A DNA stretch of 64,000 nucleotides from Octopus sinensis (Eukaryota). Both the position numbers and the translations under genes were made by a program. Location of the stretch: contig NC_043024.1 in the NCBI RefSeq assembly GCF_006345805.1, positions 11,036,001 to 11,100,000 of the forward strand. The letters run 5' to 3'. Each line of letters begins with the position of its first letter. Position 1 is the first letter of the stretch. Under the pieces are notes generated by a model. It saw nothing but the letters and a program-made list of their open reading frames with translations, was not told the DNA's origin and ran no database searches. Of the stretch, positions 63,210 to 64,000 are shown one piece after another.

Positions 63210-64000
63210 AACCTACCTGTCTATCTATCTATCTGTCTGTCTGTGTGTGTGCTTGCCTCACTAGCATCGCTTATCAACCGATGTTGATTTATTGACGTCA
63301 CTGTAACTTAGCGGTTCGACACAAAAGACCGATAAAATAATTACCAGGCTTTAACAAAAAATTGTACTGGGATGGATTCATTCGACAAAATCCCTTCAAG
63401 GCGATGCCCCAGCATGGCCGCAGTCCCGTGACTGAACCGAGTGAAATATAAATGATAAACCTACAGTACTATTTCAAAAAGGAAAGGCGTCCGGTTTCAA
63501 CTGGTCCTTCATCGGCCGCGACGAGGAGTATTCCAGCTGATACGATCACCGGATCAGCCTGCTCGTGAAATTATCGTGCAAGTGGCTGAGTACTCCACAG
63601 ACACGTGTAACCCTAACGTAGTTCTCAGGGAGATTCAGCGTGACACAGAATGTGACAGGGCTGGCCCCTTTTAAATACAGGTCCTTACTGGTTTTTGCCA
63701 GCCGAGGGGCCAGGAGCAACGTGGAATAAAGTGTCTTGCTCAAGAGCACAAGGCGTCAGCAGGAATCGAACCCACGACCTGCGATCGCCTGCCGAACACC
63801 CTAACAGCTAAGCCACCTGACTTTCACGAGTTGCCCAGCGGTTAATGAGCGGTTAAACACCATTTTCTAGTTTTATCTAGAATAATCCTGGAAATGTAAA
63901 AAGCGACCATCATATGACTAACATCTGGTTTAACTCGTGACTATTTCTCATAGAAGCTCTCTCTCTCTCTCTCTGTCTGTCTGTCTGTCTCTCTCTCTCT

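Overview
Repeat-dense, AT-rich eukaryotic genomic DNA, most likely from an octopus. That assignment is inferred from recalled SINE, LINE and microsatellite families; no database search was run. One protein-coding gene is well supported: a minus-strand CATIP (ciliogenesis-associated TTC17-interacting protein, C2orf62) orthologue. It has 7 coding exons between 22040 and 1610, all with GT-AG boundaries and compatible phases (1242 nt, 414 codons). The C-terminal exon(s) appear to lie left of base 1, and the protein has an approximately 165-aa acidic N-terminal extension. The rest of the window is intronic or intergenic. It contains three tRNA-headed SINE families, RTE, CR1, Tx1/L1 and Dong/R4 LINE fragments, non-autonomous Helitrons, hAT, piggyBac and mariner MITEs, Penelope-like remnants with hammerhead-like motifs, fold-back elements, long microsatellites and a few unique islands that look regulatory. 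Almost all ORFs in the supplied track are repeat or microsatellite artefacts. No prokaryotic-type system (CRISPR, operon) is present. The best leads are SINE concatemers with a fixed junction, a hammerhead-like motif with a swapped 3-8 pair, a piggyBac MITE dimer that moves as one unit, and a retrotransposon tail that forms part of a CATIP splice donor.
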